Shown one piece after another: positions 1 to 7,995 of a stretch of DNA of 24,000 nt. A model generated the notes under the pieces. It searched no databases, was not told where the DNA came from, and saw only the letters and a list, made by a program, of their open reading frames with translations. The DNA comes from Thermoflexales bacterium (GTDB lineage Bacteria > Chloroflexota > Anaerolineae > J036 > Brachytrichaceae). How positions within the stretch are numbered: position 1 is the first letter of the stretch; each line of letters opens with the position of its first letter. The position numbers were made by a program, and so were the translations under genes. Where the stretch lies: NCBI GenBank assembly GCA_034434575.1, contig DAOTYS010000169.1, forward strand, positions 1-24,000, written 5' to 3'.

Positions 1-1502
1 GTGACGATCACATCGGCGAGAAACCGGCTGCTGCCGGCGCCTTCTTCCAGCGCGCCCATGGCTGCCCAGGTCACAATCCCCATGAGCGCCGATGCCAGAC
101 ACACTTTCAGGACGAGCGGCACAATCGCGTCCCCGGCCAGCCGGCCAATCTTGCGAAACAAGAAGATGGCCATGAGCGCAGCGTCCAGACCGGTTTTGAG
201 CGAGTTGGCCAGCACCAGATCGACCAGTGTAAACGACCGCGCCCCGCTCTGCGCCAGCGCAGCCAGCGCGCCGACCAGCGCCAGGTAGGAGAGGGTGGAC
301 ACCAGTCCGATCAGCGTGGGTGTGCGCGTGTCGCGCCGGGCGTAGAAAGCGTAGATGAGCGGCTGGTCAATGGCTGCAAACAACAGACCCGGCGCCGCTG
401 CGCGCAATGTGGCTGCCGTATACAGCGTGCTCTCGGCGGTGAATGCGCCGCGTTCGAACAGCACCGCCACAATCGGCCGGGCCAGCACAAACACCCCCAC
501 CGACGCCGGCACGATCAACACGCACACCAGCCGCAGCCCTTGCGCAAGCGTTGACTTGAACGCATCTGTCGTTGGTTGATTGGCCTGCGCCGACAGGGCC
601 GGCAGGATGGCCGCCGACACCGCTACCGCAATCATGCCGAGGGGAAACTGGATCACCTGCGCCGCATAGCGCATGGTGGCCGGCCCTTCCGCGCTGATGC
701 GCCCGGCGACGATATAGCTCACCTGCACCGCCAGTTGCGCCAGCGCCAGCCCGCCGGCCACCGGCAGGAACAGCCGCACCACCTGCGCCACCCCCGGGTG
801 CCGCCAGTTCAGCGACAACTTGATCGGCACGCCGCGCAACCCCGGCAACTGCATAGCTGCCTGCACGGCGCCCCCGGCCAGCATGCCCACTGCCAGCGCG
901 CCGACACCCAGGCGTGACTCCAGCAGCACCGCGCTGAAGATCATCGTCAGATTGAATGCCGTCGCCGTAAATGCGGTGATGCCGAACTTGCGCCGCGCGA
1001 ACAGAGCCGCTGTCAGGATGCCGCTGATATTCAGAAACGCGATGGTCGGAATTGTGATGTGCAGCAGCGATGTGACCAGCGCCGGATCCTGGCCCGGCCC
1101 GCTGCCCACCAGCTCGGCATACAGCCCGGCCAGCGCCCACAGCGCCACAACCAGCGCGGCCAGCCCGGCGCCGGCCAGTCCCAGCAATGCCCCCAGCAGT
1201 CTGCCGAACTCCGCCACTTTGGCCGGGTCGCGCTCGTCTTCGATCAATCCGGAGAAGGTGGGCACCAGAGCAGAACTGACCATGCCGCCGGCCAGCAAGT
1301 CATAGAACTGACTGGGCAGGTTTGAAGCCAGCTCAAATGCGCTGGCAGACGGCCCGTTGCCGAAGAAATAGGACTTGACCACCTCGCGCGCCAGCCCGAC
1401 GATGCGGCTGCTCAAACTACCCACCGAGGTGATGGTTGCAGCGCGGGCGATCGAGCGGGGGGTGTCGATGACAGGCGCAGCGTCAGACTCGGTCAGTGAC
1501 AT
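1..1502 (-). CDS. murJ: Lipid II flippase MurJ/MviN, 3'-partial (continues past the left window edge)
   Basis: Absent from the supplied ORF track, presumably because it has no stop inside the window. My own reverse-complement translation from ATG 1502-1500 is stop-free down to position 3: MSLTESDAAPVIDTPRSIARAATITSVGSLSSRIVGLAREVVKSYFFGNGPSASAFELASNLPSQFYDLLAGGMVSSALVPTFS ... LFERGAFTAESTLYTAATLRAAAPGLLFAAIDQPLIYAFYARRDTRTPTLIGLVS. The multi-TM hydrophobic pattern and these blocks are typical of MurJ (MOP superfamily). Confidence 0.85.
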   Translation of the reverse strand, partial: MSLTESDAAPVIDTPRSIARAATITSVGSLSSRIVGLAREVVKSYFFGNGPSASAFELASNLPSQFYDLLAGGMVSSALVPTFSGLIEDERDPAKVAEFGRLLGALLGLAGAGLAALVVALWALAGLYAELVGSGPGQDPALVTSLLHITIPTIAFLNISGILTAALFARRKFGITAFTATAFNLTMIFSAVLLESRLGVGALAVGMLAGGAVQAAMQLPGLRGVPIKLSLNWRHPGVAQVVRLFLPVAGGLALAQLAVQVSYIVAGRISAEGPATMRYAAQVIQFPLGMIAVAVSAAILPALSAQANQPTTDAFKSTLAQGLRLVCVLIVPASVGVFVLARPIVAVLFERGAFTAESTLYTAATLRAAAPGLLFAAIDQPLIYAFYARRDTRTPTLIGLVSTLSYLALVGALAALAQSGARSFTLVDLVLANSLKTGLDAALMAIFLFRKIGRLAGDAIVPLVLKVCLASALMGIVTWAAMGALEEGAGSSRFLADVIV

Positions 1503-1510
1503 GGAGCGTC

Positions 1511-1516
1511 ATTGTA
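1511..1516 (-). promoter_or_regulatory. -10-like hexamer TACAAT 8 nt upstream of the murJ ATG (possible leaderless mRNA)
   Basis: Minus strand reads TACAAT-GACGCTCC-ATG. There is no Shine-Dalgarno in the 8-nt gap and I saw no convincing -35. Confidence 0.25.
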
Positions 1517-1581
1517 ACGCCGCAGGCCGGCGCGGACTGGCCGGCTGCCCCACGAGTTGCGCGCGTTTCGAGCGCGCCGCG

Positions 1582-2154
1582 TCATCCAAAGTAGGCCAGC
1601 GCCCGGCGGATTTTCTCCTCCAGGTCCATCGGCTCGTTGCGCGGCAAAGAAGCCAGCGCCGCCTGCGCTTCGGCAATGCTGTAGCCCAGTGATGTCAACG
1701 CGCTCATCGCTTCGGTGTCGGCGGCGCTCATCGACGCTGCCGGCGCTGTGTCCAGCCCCCCCAGCTTGTCCTTGAGCGCAAAGATGATTTTCTCCGCCGT
1801 CTTCTTGCCCACCCCCGGCACGCGCGAGATGACCTCGATCTGTTGATTGACAATCGCCGCTCGAAAAGTGCCCGGCGGCAGTTTGGACAAAATCGACAAT
1901 GCGGTGCGCGGCCCAATCCCCGACACCCCCAGCAGCGTTTGAAACAACTCCATCTCTTCTTCGCTGCCAAACCCGAACAACTGCCAGCCGTCTTCGCGCA
2001 CAACCAGATGGGTGTGGATATCGGCCGTCCGGCCGACATCCAGCGTCTCGAGCGCAGCCTGGGAGCACGTGACGCGGTATCCGACGCCCCCCGTGTCGAT
2101 GACGGCATTTGGCGGTTTGATAGACAGGACAGCGCCCCGGATACGCGCAATCAT
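1582..2154 (-). CDS. ruvA: Holliday junction branch-migration complex subunit RuvA
   Basis: 190 aa with ATG start. MIARIRGAVL... N-terminal OB-like domain, two helix-hairpin-helix motifs (LLGVSGIGPRTALSIL and ISRVPGVGKKTAEKII) and a C-terminal domain III (LTSLGYSIAEAQAAL). Lies downstream of ruvC. Confidence 0.95.
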   Translation of the reverse strand: MIARIRGAVLSIKPPNAVIDTGGVGYRVTCSQAALETLDVGRTADIHTHLVVREDGWQLFGFGSEEEMELFQTLLGVSGIGPRTALSILSKLPPGTFRAAIVNQQIEVISRVPGVGKKTAEKIIFALKDKLGGLDTAPAASMSAADTEAMSALTSLGYSIAEAQAALASLPRNEPMDLEEKIRRALAYFG

Positions 2155-2208
2155 GGTTGATATCTGATCGCAGCAATGCTATCACATCGTTGTTCAGAGA
2201 TCAGCGCG

Positions 2209-2703
2209 TCATTCCCGGCCCAGCGCAGCATGCCGCGCAGTGTGGATGTGCGTGATGGCAATGGCCAGAGCATCGGCGGCGTCGTCGGGTCTGGGGATCG
2301 TGTTGAGGTTGAGCAACAGCTTGACCATGGCCTGCATCTGTTTCTTGTCGGCCTGGCCATAGCCGGCGATGGCCTGCTTGACCTGCAGGGGCGTGTATTC
2401 ACCGATGGGCAACCCGGCCTCGCATAAAGTCATCAGCGCCACGCCGCGCGCCTGGCCCACGATCATGGCGGTCTTGGCGTTGGACGCAAAAAAAAGCGCC
2501 TCGACCGCGCACGCGGTCGGGCGCCATTGCTCGATGAGCGCCATCAATTGCCGGCGCAGCGACAGCAGCCGTTGCGGCAGGGGGGTCGTTTTGGGGGTCT
2601 CGATCGCGCCGTAGGCCAGCGCAATCAGGTCGCCGTTGTCAGCTTCGCGCACAACCCCGAAGCCGGTTGTCGCGATGCCGGGATCAATCCCCAGTATGAC
2701 CAC
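2209..2703 (-). CDS. ruvC: Crossover junction endodeoxyribonuclease RuvC
   Basis: 164 aa with GTG start. MVILGIDPGIATTGFGVV (catalytic Asp), AVEALFF (Glu), PDDAADALAIAITH (C-terminal acidic residues). Classic RuvC signature order. Confidence 0.95.
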   Translation of the reverse strand: MVILGIDPGIATTGFGVVREADNGDLIALAYGAIETPKTTPLPQRLLSLRRQLMALIEQWRPTACAVEALFFASNAKTAMIVGQARGVALMTLCEAGLPIGEYTPLQVKQAIAGYGQADKKQMQAMVKLLLNLNTIPRPDDAADALAIAITHIHTARHAALGRE

Positions 2704-2761
2704 GCGGTGTCATCCGTGCGGTTGCGTCTGTGTCGCGCTGCCAGTCAGCATCGCGCGCCGG

Positions 2762-3511
2762 TCAGGCGGCTTCGAGCGCCTCGTCGGTGATCTCGAGGTT
2801 GCTGTAGACCTGCTGCACGTCGTCCATCTCTTCCAGGGTTTCGATCACGTGCATGACCTGCCGGGTCTGATCGGGGCTGAGGCTGGTCTGCGAGGTCGGG
2901 ATCATGGAGATTTCGCTGGTGGTCATCTCCCAGCCTCGGGCGGCCAGCGCCTCGCGGACGGCGCGGAAGCTGTCCACATCGGTGTAAATCTCGATCACAT
3001 CGCCGCCGGTGACCACGTCTTCGGCGCCGGCTTCAACGGCGACTTCAAACACCTCGTCGGGATTCACTTTGTCAGTGCGCTCGATGACGATATATCCCCG
3101 GCGGTTGAATTGCCAGGCCACCGAGCCGGACGATCCCAGACTGCCGCCGGCGCGCTCCAGCACCCGGCGGATCTCGGCCACCGTGCGGTTGCGGTTGTCG
3201 GTGAGCACCTTGATCATCATGGGCACCTTGTGCGGCCCGTAGCCTTCGTACATCAGCTCTTCAAATGTCTCGCCTTCGCCGCCCTGGCCCGTGGCGCGCG
3301 CAATGGCCCGCTCGATGTTGTCCTTTGGCATATTGGCCGCGCGCGCTTTGTCGACCGCCAGCCGCAGCCGGAAGTTGGCGGCCATATCGCCGCCGCCTTC
3401 CTTTGCCGCCACGGTGATTTCTCGCAACAGGCGGGTGAACATGGCCCCGCGCTTGGCGTCGTTCGCGCCCTTCTGGCGCTTGATGGTTGCCCACTTGCTA
3501 TGCCCTGACAT
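2762..3511 (-). CDS. yebC: YebC/PmpR (TACO1) family DNA-binding transcriptional regulator
   Basis: 249 aa. The N-terminus MSGHSKWATIKRQKGANDAKRGAMFTRL is the canonical YebC signature. Sits in the conserved yebC-ruvC-ruvA arrangement. Confidence 0.95.
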   Translation of the reverse strand: MSGHSKWATIKRQKGANDAKRGAMFTRLLREITVAAKEGGGDMAANFRLRLAVDKARAANMPKDNIERAIARATGQGGEGETFEELMYEGYGPHKVPMMIKVLTDNRNRTVAEIRRVLERAGGSLGSSGSVAWQFNRRGYIVIERTDKVNPDEVFEVAVEAGAEDVVTGGDVIEIYTDVDSFRAVREALAARGWEMTTSEISMIPTSQTSLSPDQTRQVMHVIETLEEMDDVQQVYSNLEITDEALEAA

Positions 3512-3584
3512 GCCTCTTCCCTCGCTCTCTCCGCGCCACAGGTGACTGGATGTGTATCACGCTGCGCATGCGGGATAGATTTTC

Positions 3585-3590
3585 ATTATA
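3585..3590 (-). promoter_or_regulatory. Candidate -10 box (TATAAT on the minus strand) upstream of yebC
   Basis: Perfect TATAAT 74 nt upstream of the yebC ATG, in the 142-nt gap after the E1-alpha gene. No good -35 at 17 nt spacing. Confidence 0.25.
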
Positions 3591-3653
3591 GCCGGGTCAG
3601 CAGCCGGAGCGTCGCTCTGCATCCAACCACTCACCGGCCAATCGTCAATCGCC

Positions 3654-4691
3654 TTACGCCCACACGTCGTCCCACACTTCTTCGGGCGCCGGCGCTGGCG
3701 ACTGTTTGGCAAATGCGACCGCATCGGCAACGCGCTGCGCGACGCGCTCGTCAATCGCGGCGAACTCGTCGTCGCTCACGTTGTGCCTGCCGGCCAGGTG
3801 TTCACGCAGGCGCAGGATCGGGTCGCGCTGCTTCCACTCGGCCACTTCCTCTTTGGTGCGATACGTTTCGGGGTCGCCGATCATGTGGCCCAGATGCCGG
3901 TAGGTCAGGGCCTCGATGAAAGTTGGTCCTTCGCCGGCCAGCGCCCGCGCGCGCGCTTCGGCCACCGCGTCGTACATGGCCAGCGCGTCGTTGCCGTCCA
4001 CCGTCACCGCGCGCATGGCGAAACCGCCTGCCCGCTCGGCAATCGACTGGTGCGGATTCGAGTCGGCCAGCGGGGTCATCTCGGCGTACAGGTTGTTTTC
4101 GCACACCAGGATCAGCGGCAGCTTCCACAACTGGGCGATGTTGAGCGTTTCGAGAAACATGCCCTGGTTGATCGCGCCGTCGCCAAAGTAGGTGAGCGCC
4201 ACGCGACCGCTGTTGTCGAGCTGGGCAGTGAAGGCCGCGCCGGCCGCGATTGGCACGCCGGCGCCCACAATCGCGTTCTCGCCCAGCAGCCCGATCGACG
4301 GATCGGTCCAGTGCATGCTGCCGCCTTTGCCCTTGCTCACGCCGGTGCGCTTGCCCAGCATTTCGGCCATGGCTGCGTTCACGTCGATGCCTTTCGCAAT
4401 GCAGGCGTTGTGGCCGCGATAGGTGCAGGTCATGTAGTCTTCCGGCGCCAGGGCAAAACAGCCGCCGACTGCCGTCGCTTCCTGGCCAATGCTCGGGTGG
4501 AATGAGCCGCGCACTTCGCCCCCGGTGTACAACTGCACCACCGCTTCCTCGAACGCCCGGATGAGCTTCATGCGCTCGTACATGGCAAGCAGTTGTTCAC
4601 GGGTTAGCGCGTCGCTCGGACGCGGCGTCTCCGGCTTGCGCTTGCCGGCCTTCGGGTCGTTTGCCGCTGGATCACTTCGTCGTTGTGCCAT
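3654..4691 (-). CDS. TPP-dependent 2-oxoacid (pyruvate/acetoin/branched-chain) dehydrogenase E1 component, alpha subunit; no adjacent beta subunit
   Basis: 345 aa. TPP-binding motif GDGAINQGMFLETLNIAQLWKLPLILVCENN, TYRGH, and a YRHLGHMIGDPETYR loop, all characteristic of the PdhA/AcoA/BkdA family. Confidence 0.85.
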   Translation of the reverse strand: MAQRRSDPAANDPKAGKRKPETPRPSDALTREQLLAMYERMKLIRAFEEAVVQLYTGGEVRGSFHPSIGQEATAVGGCFALAPEDYMTCTYRGHNACIAKGIDVNAAMAEMLGKRTGVSKGKGGSMHWTDPSIGLLGENAIVGAGVPIAAGAAFTAQLDNSGRVALTYFGDGAINQGMFLETLNIAQLWKLPLILVCENNLYAEMTPLADSNPHQSIAERAGGFAMRAVTVDGNDALAMYDAVAEARARALAGEGPTFIEALTYRHLGHMIGDPETYRTKEEVAEWKQRDPILRLREHLAGRHNVSDDEFAAIDERVAQRVADAVAFAKQSPAPAPEEVWDDVWA

Positions 4692-4814
4692 AGGTCGAAT
4701 TATCCGCGAAATCTCCGCGATGAGGTCTGAACCACTCAGATTCAGAAGTCACGAAAGGAAGCCGGCCTGCCCCTCTTTGCGCGCCCGGTTTCTTTGTGGT
4801 TCGTTTCAAGAAGA

Positions 4815-5549
4815 TCAACGGGTGTACAGGAAGCCGCGCACGTAGTCGGCGTCATCACTCACCAGCCAGGCCAGTATTTTGCCGACGCCTTCCGGCTCGC
4901 CCAGTTCGGTCCCGGCTGCCGCGCTGGCCCATGCCTGCTCGCCCGACTGCCCTTTCAGTTCTGCTTCCTGCGCGATCACCGACAGCTTCATGTTGGTCTT
5001 GATGCCGCCGGGGTGGACGACATTGACGCGGATGTTGTCTGGCGCAAGCTTGCCGGCCAGCGTGACGCCCAGGCTGCTCACGCCGCCTTTGCTCGACCCA
5101 TACGCCACAGACGAGCTGACGGCAGTTGCGGCGATCGAGGAGATCAGCACAATCACGCCGCGCCCGGCCTTCTTCATCCATGGGACGGCGGAGCGGGCGC
5201 ACAGAAAACTGCCCACCAGATTCACATCCACCACTTGCCGGTAGATGTCCAGCGGGAATTCTTCCACCGGCACATACGCCCCTTTCAGGATGCCGGCGGC
5301 GGTGATCAGCGCGTCGAGCCGGCCATAGCGCGCCCCGACCTGCTCGAACAACTGTTTGACCGATGCTTCATCAGCGACGTTCACCGGCGCGAACAGACCG
5401 TGAATCGCCTCGGCCACCGCCGCGCCGTCCTGCTCATTCAAATCGGCCACGATCACCTGCGCCCCGCGCGCAGCGCACACCTCGGCAGCGGCGCGTCCAA
5501 TGCCGGTCGCCCCGCCCGTAATCACGATGACTTTATCTTTCAGTTCCAT
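4815..5549 (-). CDS. Short-chain dehydrogenase/reductase (SDR) family oxidoreductase, copy 1
   Basis: 244 aa. Rossmann motif VITGGATGIGRA, catalytic SS...AYGSSKGG (YxxxK) and VVHPGGIKT. GGGAG Shine-Dalgarno lies upstream of the ATG. Confidence 0.9.
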   Translation of the reverse strand: MELKDKVIVITGGATGIGRAAAEVCAARGAQVIVADLNEQDGAAVAEAIHGLFAPVNVADEASVKQLFEQVGARYGRLDALITAAGILKGAYVPVEEFPLDIYRQVVDVNLVGSFLCARSAVPWMKKAGRGVIVLISSIAATAVSSSVAYGSSKGGVSSLGVTLAGKLAPDNIRVNVVHPGGIKTNMKLSVIAQEAELKGQSGEQAWASAAAGTELGEPEGVGKILAWLVSDDADYVRGFLYTR

Positions 5550-5575
5550 CTTGCTCCCTTCTCTCCCGCTCTCCT

Positions 5576-6340
5576 CTATCGCGTGTGAATGAAGCCGCGC
5601 ACGTAGTCAGCGTCGTCGCTCACCAGCCAGGCCAGAATCCTGCCCATGCCTTCCGGCTCGCCCAGCCGCGCACCGGCGCCGGCCTGCGCCACCGCTTCGT
5701 CCGCCGACTGCCCTTTCAGTTCGGCCTCGGCGGCAATCACCGACAGCTTCATCGCCGTGCGGATCTCGCCGGGGTGCACGACGTTGACGCGGATATTGTC
5801 CGGCGCCAGCTTGCCGGCCAGCGTGACGCCCATGCTGCTCACGCCGCCCTTGCTCGCCCCATACGCCACCGACGAGCTGCCGCCCTGGGCCGCCCCCGAC
5901 GACACCAGCACGATCACCCCTTTGCCGTTGCGTTTCATCAACGGCACGGCGTGTTTGCTGCACAGAAAGCTGCCGACCATGTTCACGTCAACCACGTTGC
6001 GGAACACGTCGAGGGGGAATTCCTCGACCGGCACGAAGGCGCCTTTCAGCACGCCCGCGCATTGCACCAGCGCGTCGAGCCGGCCGTAGCGCGACCCGAT
6101 TTGCTCATACAGCCGCGCGACCGACGCCTCGTCCGTCACGTTGACCGGGATGAAGCAGGCGCGCTCTGCGCCGGCCGGCTGCCCCTGGGCGCGAATCCCC
6201 TCGACTACGGCCGCGCCGGCCTCCTCGTTGTAGTCGGCCACGATCACTGTGGCGCCGCGCGCGGCGCACACCTCAGCGGTCGCTTTGCCGATGCCGGCGG
6301 CGCCGCCCACGACCAGGACGATCTTGTTGTTCAGTTCCAT
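5576..6340 (-). CDS. SDR family oxidoreductase, copy 2 (tandem paralog)
   Basis: MELNNKIVLVVGGAAGIGKA, AYGASKGG, VVHPGEIRT. I prefer the ATG at 6340 because it aligns with the paralog start MELKDK and has GGAG about 8 nt upstream. The track's start at 6352 adds MEPV. Confidence 0.9.
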   Translation of the reverse strand: MELNNKIVLVVGGAAGIGKATAEVCAARGATVIVADYNEEAGAAVVEGIRAQGQPAGAERACFIPVNVTDEASVARLYEQIGSRYGRLDALVQCAGVLKGAFVPVEEFPLDVFRNVVDVNMVGSFLCSKHAVPLMKRNGKGVIVLVSSGAAQGGSSSVAYGASKGGVSSMGVTLAGKLAPDNIRVNVVHPGEIRTAMKLSVIAAEAELKGQSADEAVAQAGAGARLGEPEGMGRILAWLVSDDADYVRGFIHTR

Positions 6341-6368
6341 GACAGGCTCCATGTTGACAGAAATCTGA

Positions 6369-6404
6369 CAGAAACCCGGCCTCTTGTGAGAAGCCGGGTT
6401 TCTG
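6369..6404 (-). terminator. 12-bp perfect stem-loop 18 nt downstream of the vsr stop (candidate terminator of the R-M/vsr operon)
   Basis: CAGAAACCCGGC - 12-nt loop - GCCGGGTTTCTG. On the minus strand it is followed by TCAGATTTCTG, which is only weakly U-rich. It lies 29 nt upstream of the SDR copy-2 start. Confidence 0.4.
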
Positions 6405-6421
6405 AGCGATTTAGTTGCATT

Positions 6422-6832
6422 CTACTGTTCCAGGAATGCGGTCAGGCGCAGTTTGAGCGATTCGGGGTCTCTGGTCCAGCATTCCCAGATCACCAGCACC
6501 TGCCAGCCCTGTCGTCTGAGGGCTGCAATGTTTCTCTTGTCCCGTTCGACATTGCTTTGCCTCTTTTGTTCCCAGAAGACAGCATTCGTCTTTGGAACGA
6601 CTCTTCCATACCGGCAGCGGTGCTTGTGCCAGAAACACCCGTGAACAAAGATTACTTTCCTGTGCCGTGTCAGTGTCAGATCGGGTTTTCCGGGAAGCTT
6701 TGCGTTGTGCAGGCGGTAGCGGTATCCCATGTGATGCACCATCGAACGCACAATCATTTCAGGCCGCGTGTCCTTGTTGCGGATGCGCGACATGTTCAGT
6801 CGTCGCTGTTCGGGAGTCAGCACATCGGTCAT
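6422..6832 (-). CDS. vsr: Very short patch repair endonuclease Vsr
   Basis: 136 aa. RIRNKDTRPEMIVRSMVHHMGYRYRLH, LPGKPDLTL and KVIFVHGCFWHKHRC are Vsr family blocks. Its ATG overlaps the stop of the endonuclease gene (ATGA). Confidence 0.93.
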   Translation of the reverse strand: MTDVLTPEQRRLNMSRIRNKDTRPEMIVRSMVHHMGYRYRLHNAKLPGKPDLTLTRHRKVIFVHGCFWHKHRCRYGRVVPKTNAVFWEQKRQSNVERDKRNIAALRRQGWQVLVIWECWTRDPESLKLRLTAFLEQ

Positions 6833-7995
6833 GGCGCATATGTCTCCCGCAGGCTGTCTATAAACGCGTGAACGCTCAGAATTTCACCCCTGTTGTCACG
6901 ATAGTCCCTGTGAAGGGATTCGGGAACAATCAGCGTCACCTGCGCATCGCGCATTTCACCGAGCTGCCGGCCGGAGATGCCCTTTTGCAGAGTGAGAATG
7001 TGCTTTCTGGGAATTCGCGGGGCCTCCTTGAGAACCTGTCGCCACCTATCCTTGCACGTCATCTTGAGGCCTACCATGAAGAGTTTGGCGTCAGGGTACG
7101 AGCGGTCTTCATATTCTGCTTTTCCGGGGATGAGAATGTCGGGACATGTTCCATCAACGACCTGACGCATTTGATGTGGAATCCCGGCCTGCCTCAGCAG
7201 ATACTCGACATGGTTTTCCAGAGACCGTCCGGCCCTGGACTTGCGCGCCTGAAGTATGCTCAGGGCAGTCTTGAGGAATTCGTCGATGTCCCGGAAGAGT
7301 CTGGTGACGTCGGACTGATAGACCTTCCTCTCAACCATTTTGTAGAGCTTGTATTCCTCGTCGATCAGACGGACAAGCTGCTCGTCGGCAGACAGATCCT
7401 TGAAGCCTGCAACGCAGCCAAGGATTGCTTTACGGGTGGCCTCTGAGAATATCCTGACTTCAGGAAACTGTTCGACCGCTTCGGCAAATGCTCGGAAGGC
7501 CTTGTTCAGACACGCATCTTCGGTTTCCGCCGCAGTCTGCCCCTCCTGATAGAGCTGCCAGGATTGCAGAACTTCGATGCCAAGAGCGGCCTGCAGTTCG
7601 CTGATATCGTCATCTGTGTCCAGAACATGCGCAATAAATTCGTCGCGGCTCTTGGGGATCAGAACGAGCAGATCGCCAACGTTATCAGGAGTTCTCCACG
7701 GAAAATCACGCCCGAATCCGGTCAATCGATACTCGCTTCTTGTTCTCTGGCCGTACCATTTGACTTTGGAGCTGGTTTTCCTGCCGTCGGGCCATAGCAC
7801 GGTCACGGGATGATCGCTGTTTCTGCCTTTCTCGGGCGGGTTCGGTGTAAACGCCTGCCACACATGTTTCGGCAGGTAGTACCCGCATTGATGCCCTCCC
7901 GTCCGTCCGACGTCATTGGGGGAGATGAACTTGAGAAGGGCCTTGCCATATTTGCCGGCGTCTTCTATTGCCCGTTCACATGCAGGTGAGGCCAT
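6829..7995 (-). CDS. Type IIE restriction endonuclease, EcoRII family (N-terminal B3-like effector domain plus EcoRII-C catalytic domain)
   Basis: 388 aa. [21 protein letters not shown] matches EcoRII-N (LSANDTGATGGHQVGLYIP as I recall it). [44 protein letters not shown] and ILTLQKGIS match EcoRII-C blocks ([52 protein letters not shown]). Confidence 0.93.
   Translation of the reverse strand: MASPACERAIEDAGKYGKALLKFISPNDVGRTGGHQCGYYLPKHVWQAFTPNPPEKGRNSDHPVTVLWPDGRKTSSKVKWYGQRTRSEYRLTGFGRDFPWRTPDNVGDLLVLIPKSRDEFIAHVLDTDDDISELQAALGIEVLQSWQLYQEGQTAAETEDACLNKAFRAFAEAVEQFPEVRIFSEATRKAILGCVAGFKDLSADEQLVRLIDEEYKLYKMVERKVYQSDVTRLFRDIDEFLKTALSILQARKSRAGRSLENHVEYLLRQAGIPHQMRQVVDGTCPDILIPGKAEYEDRSYPDAKLFMVGLKMTCKDRWRQVLKEAPRIPRKHILTLQKGISGRQLGEMRDAQVTLIVPESLHRDYRDNRGEILSVHAFIDSLRETYAP

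Noticed and set aside
4692-4814. Small inverted repeats (TCTGAA-N9-TTCAGA, and an imperfect GAAACCGG/CCGGCTTC stem) between SDR copy 1 and the E1-alpha gene, considered as a terminator or riboswitch
   Set aside because: The stems are short or mismatched, there is no U-tract, and there is no resemblance to a riboswitch class I know. Most likely an ordinary intercistronic spacer.
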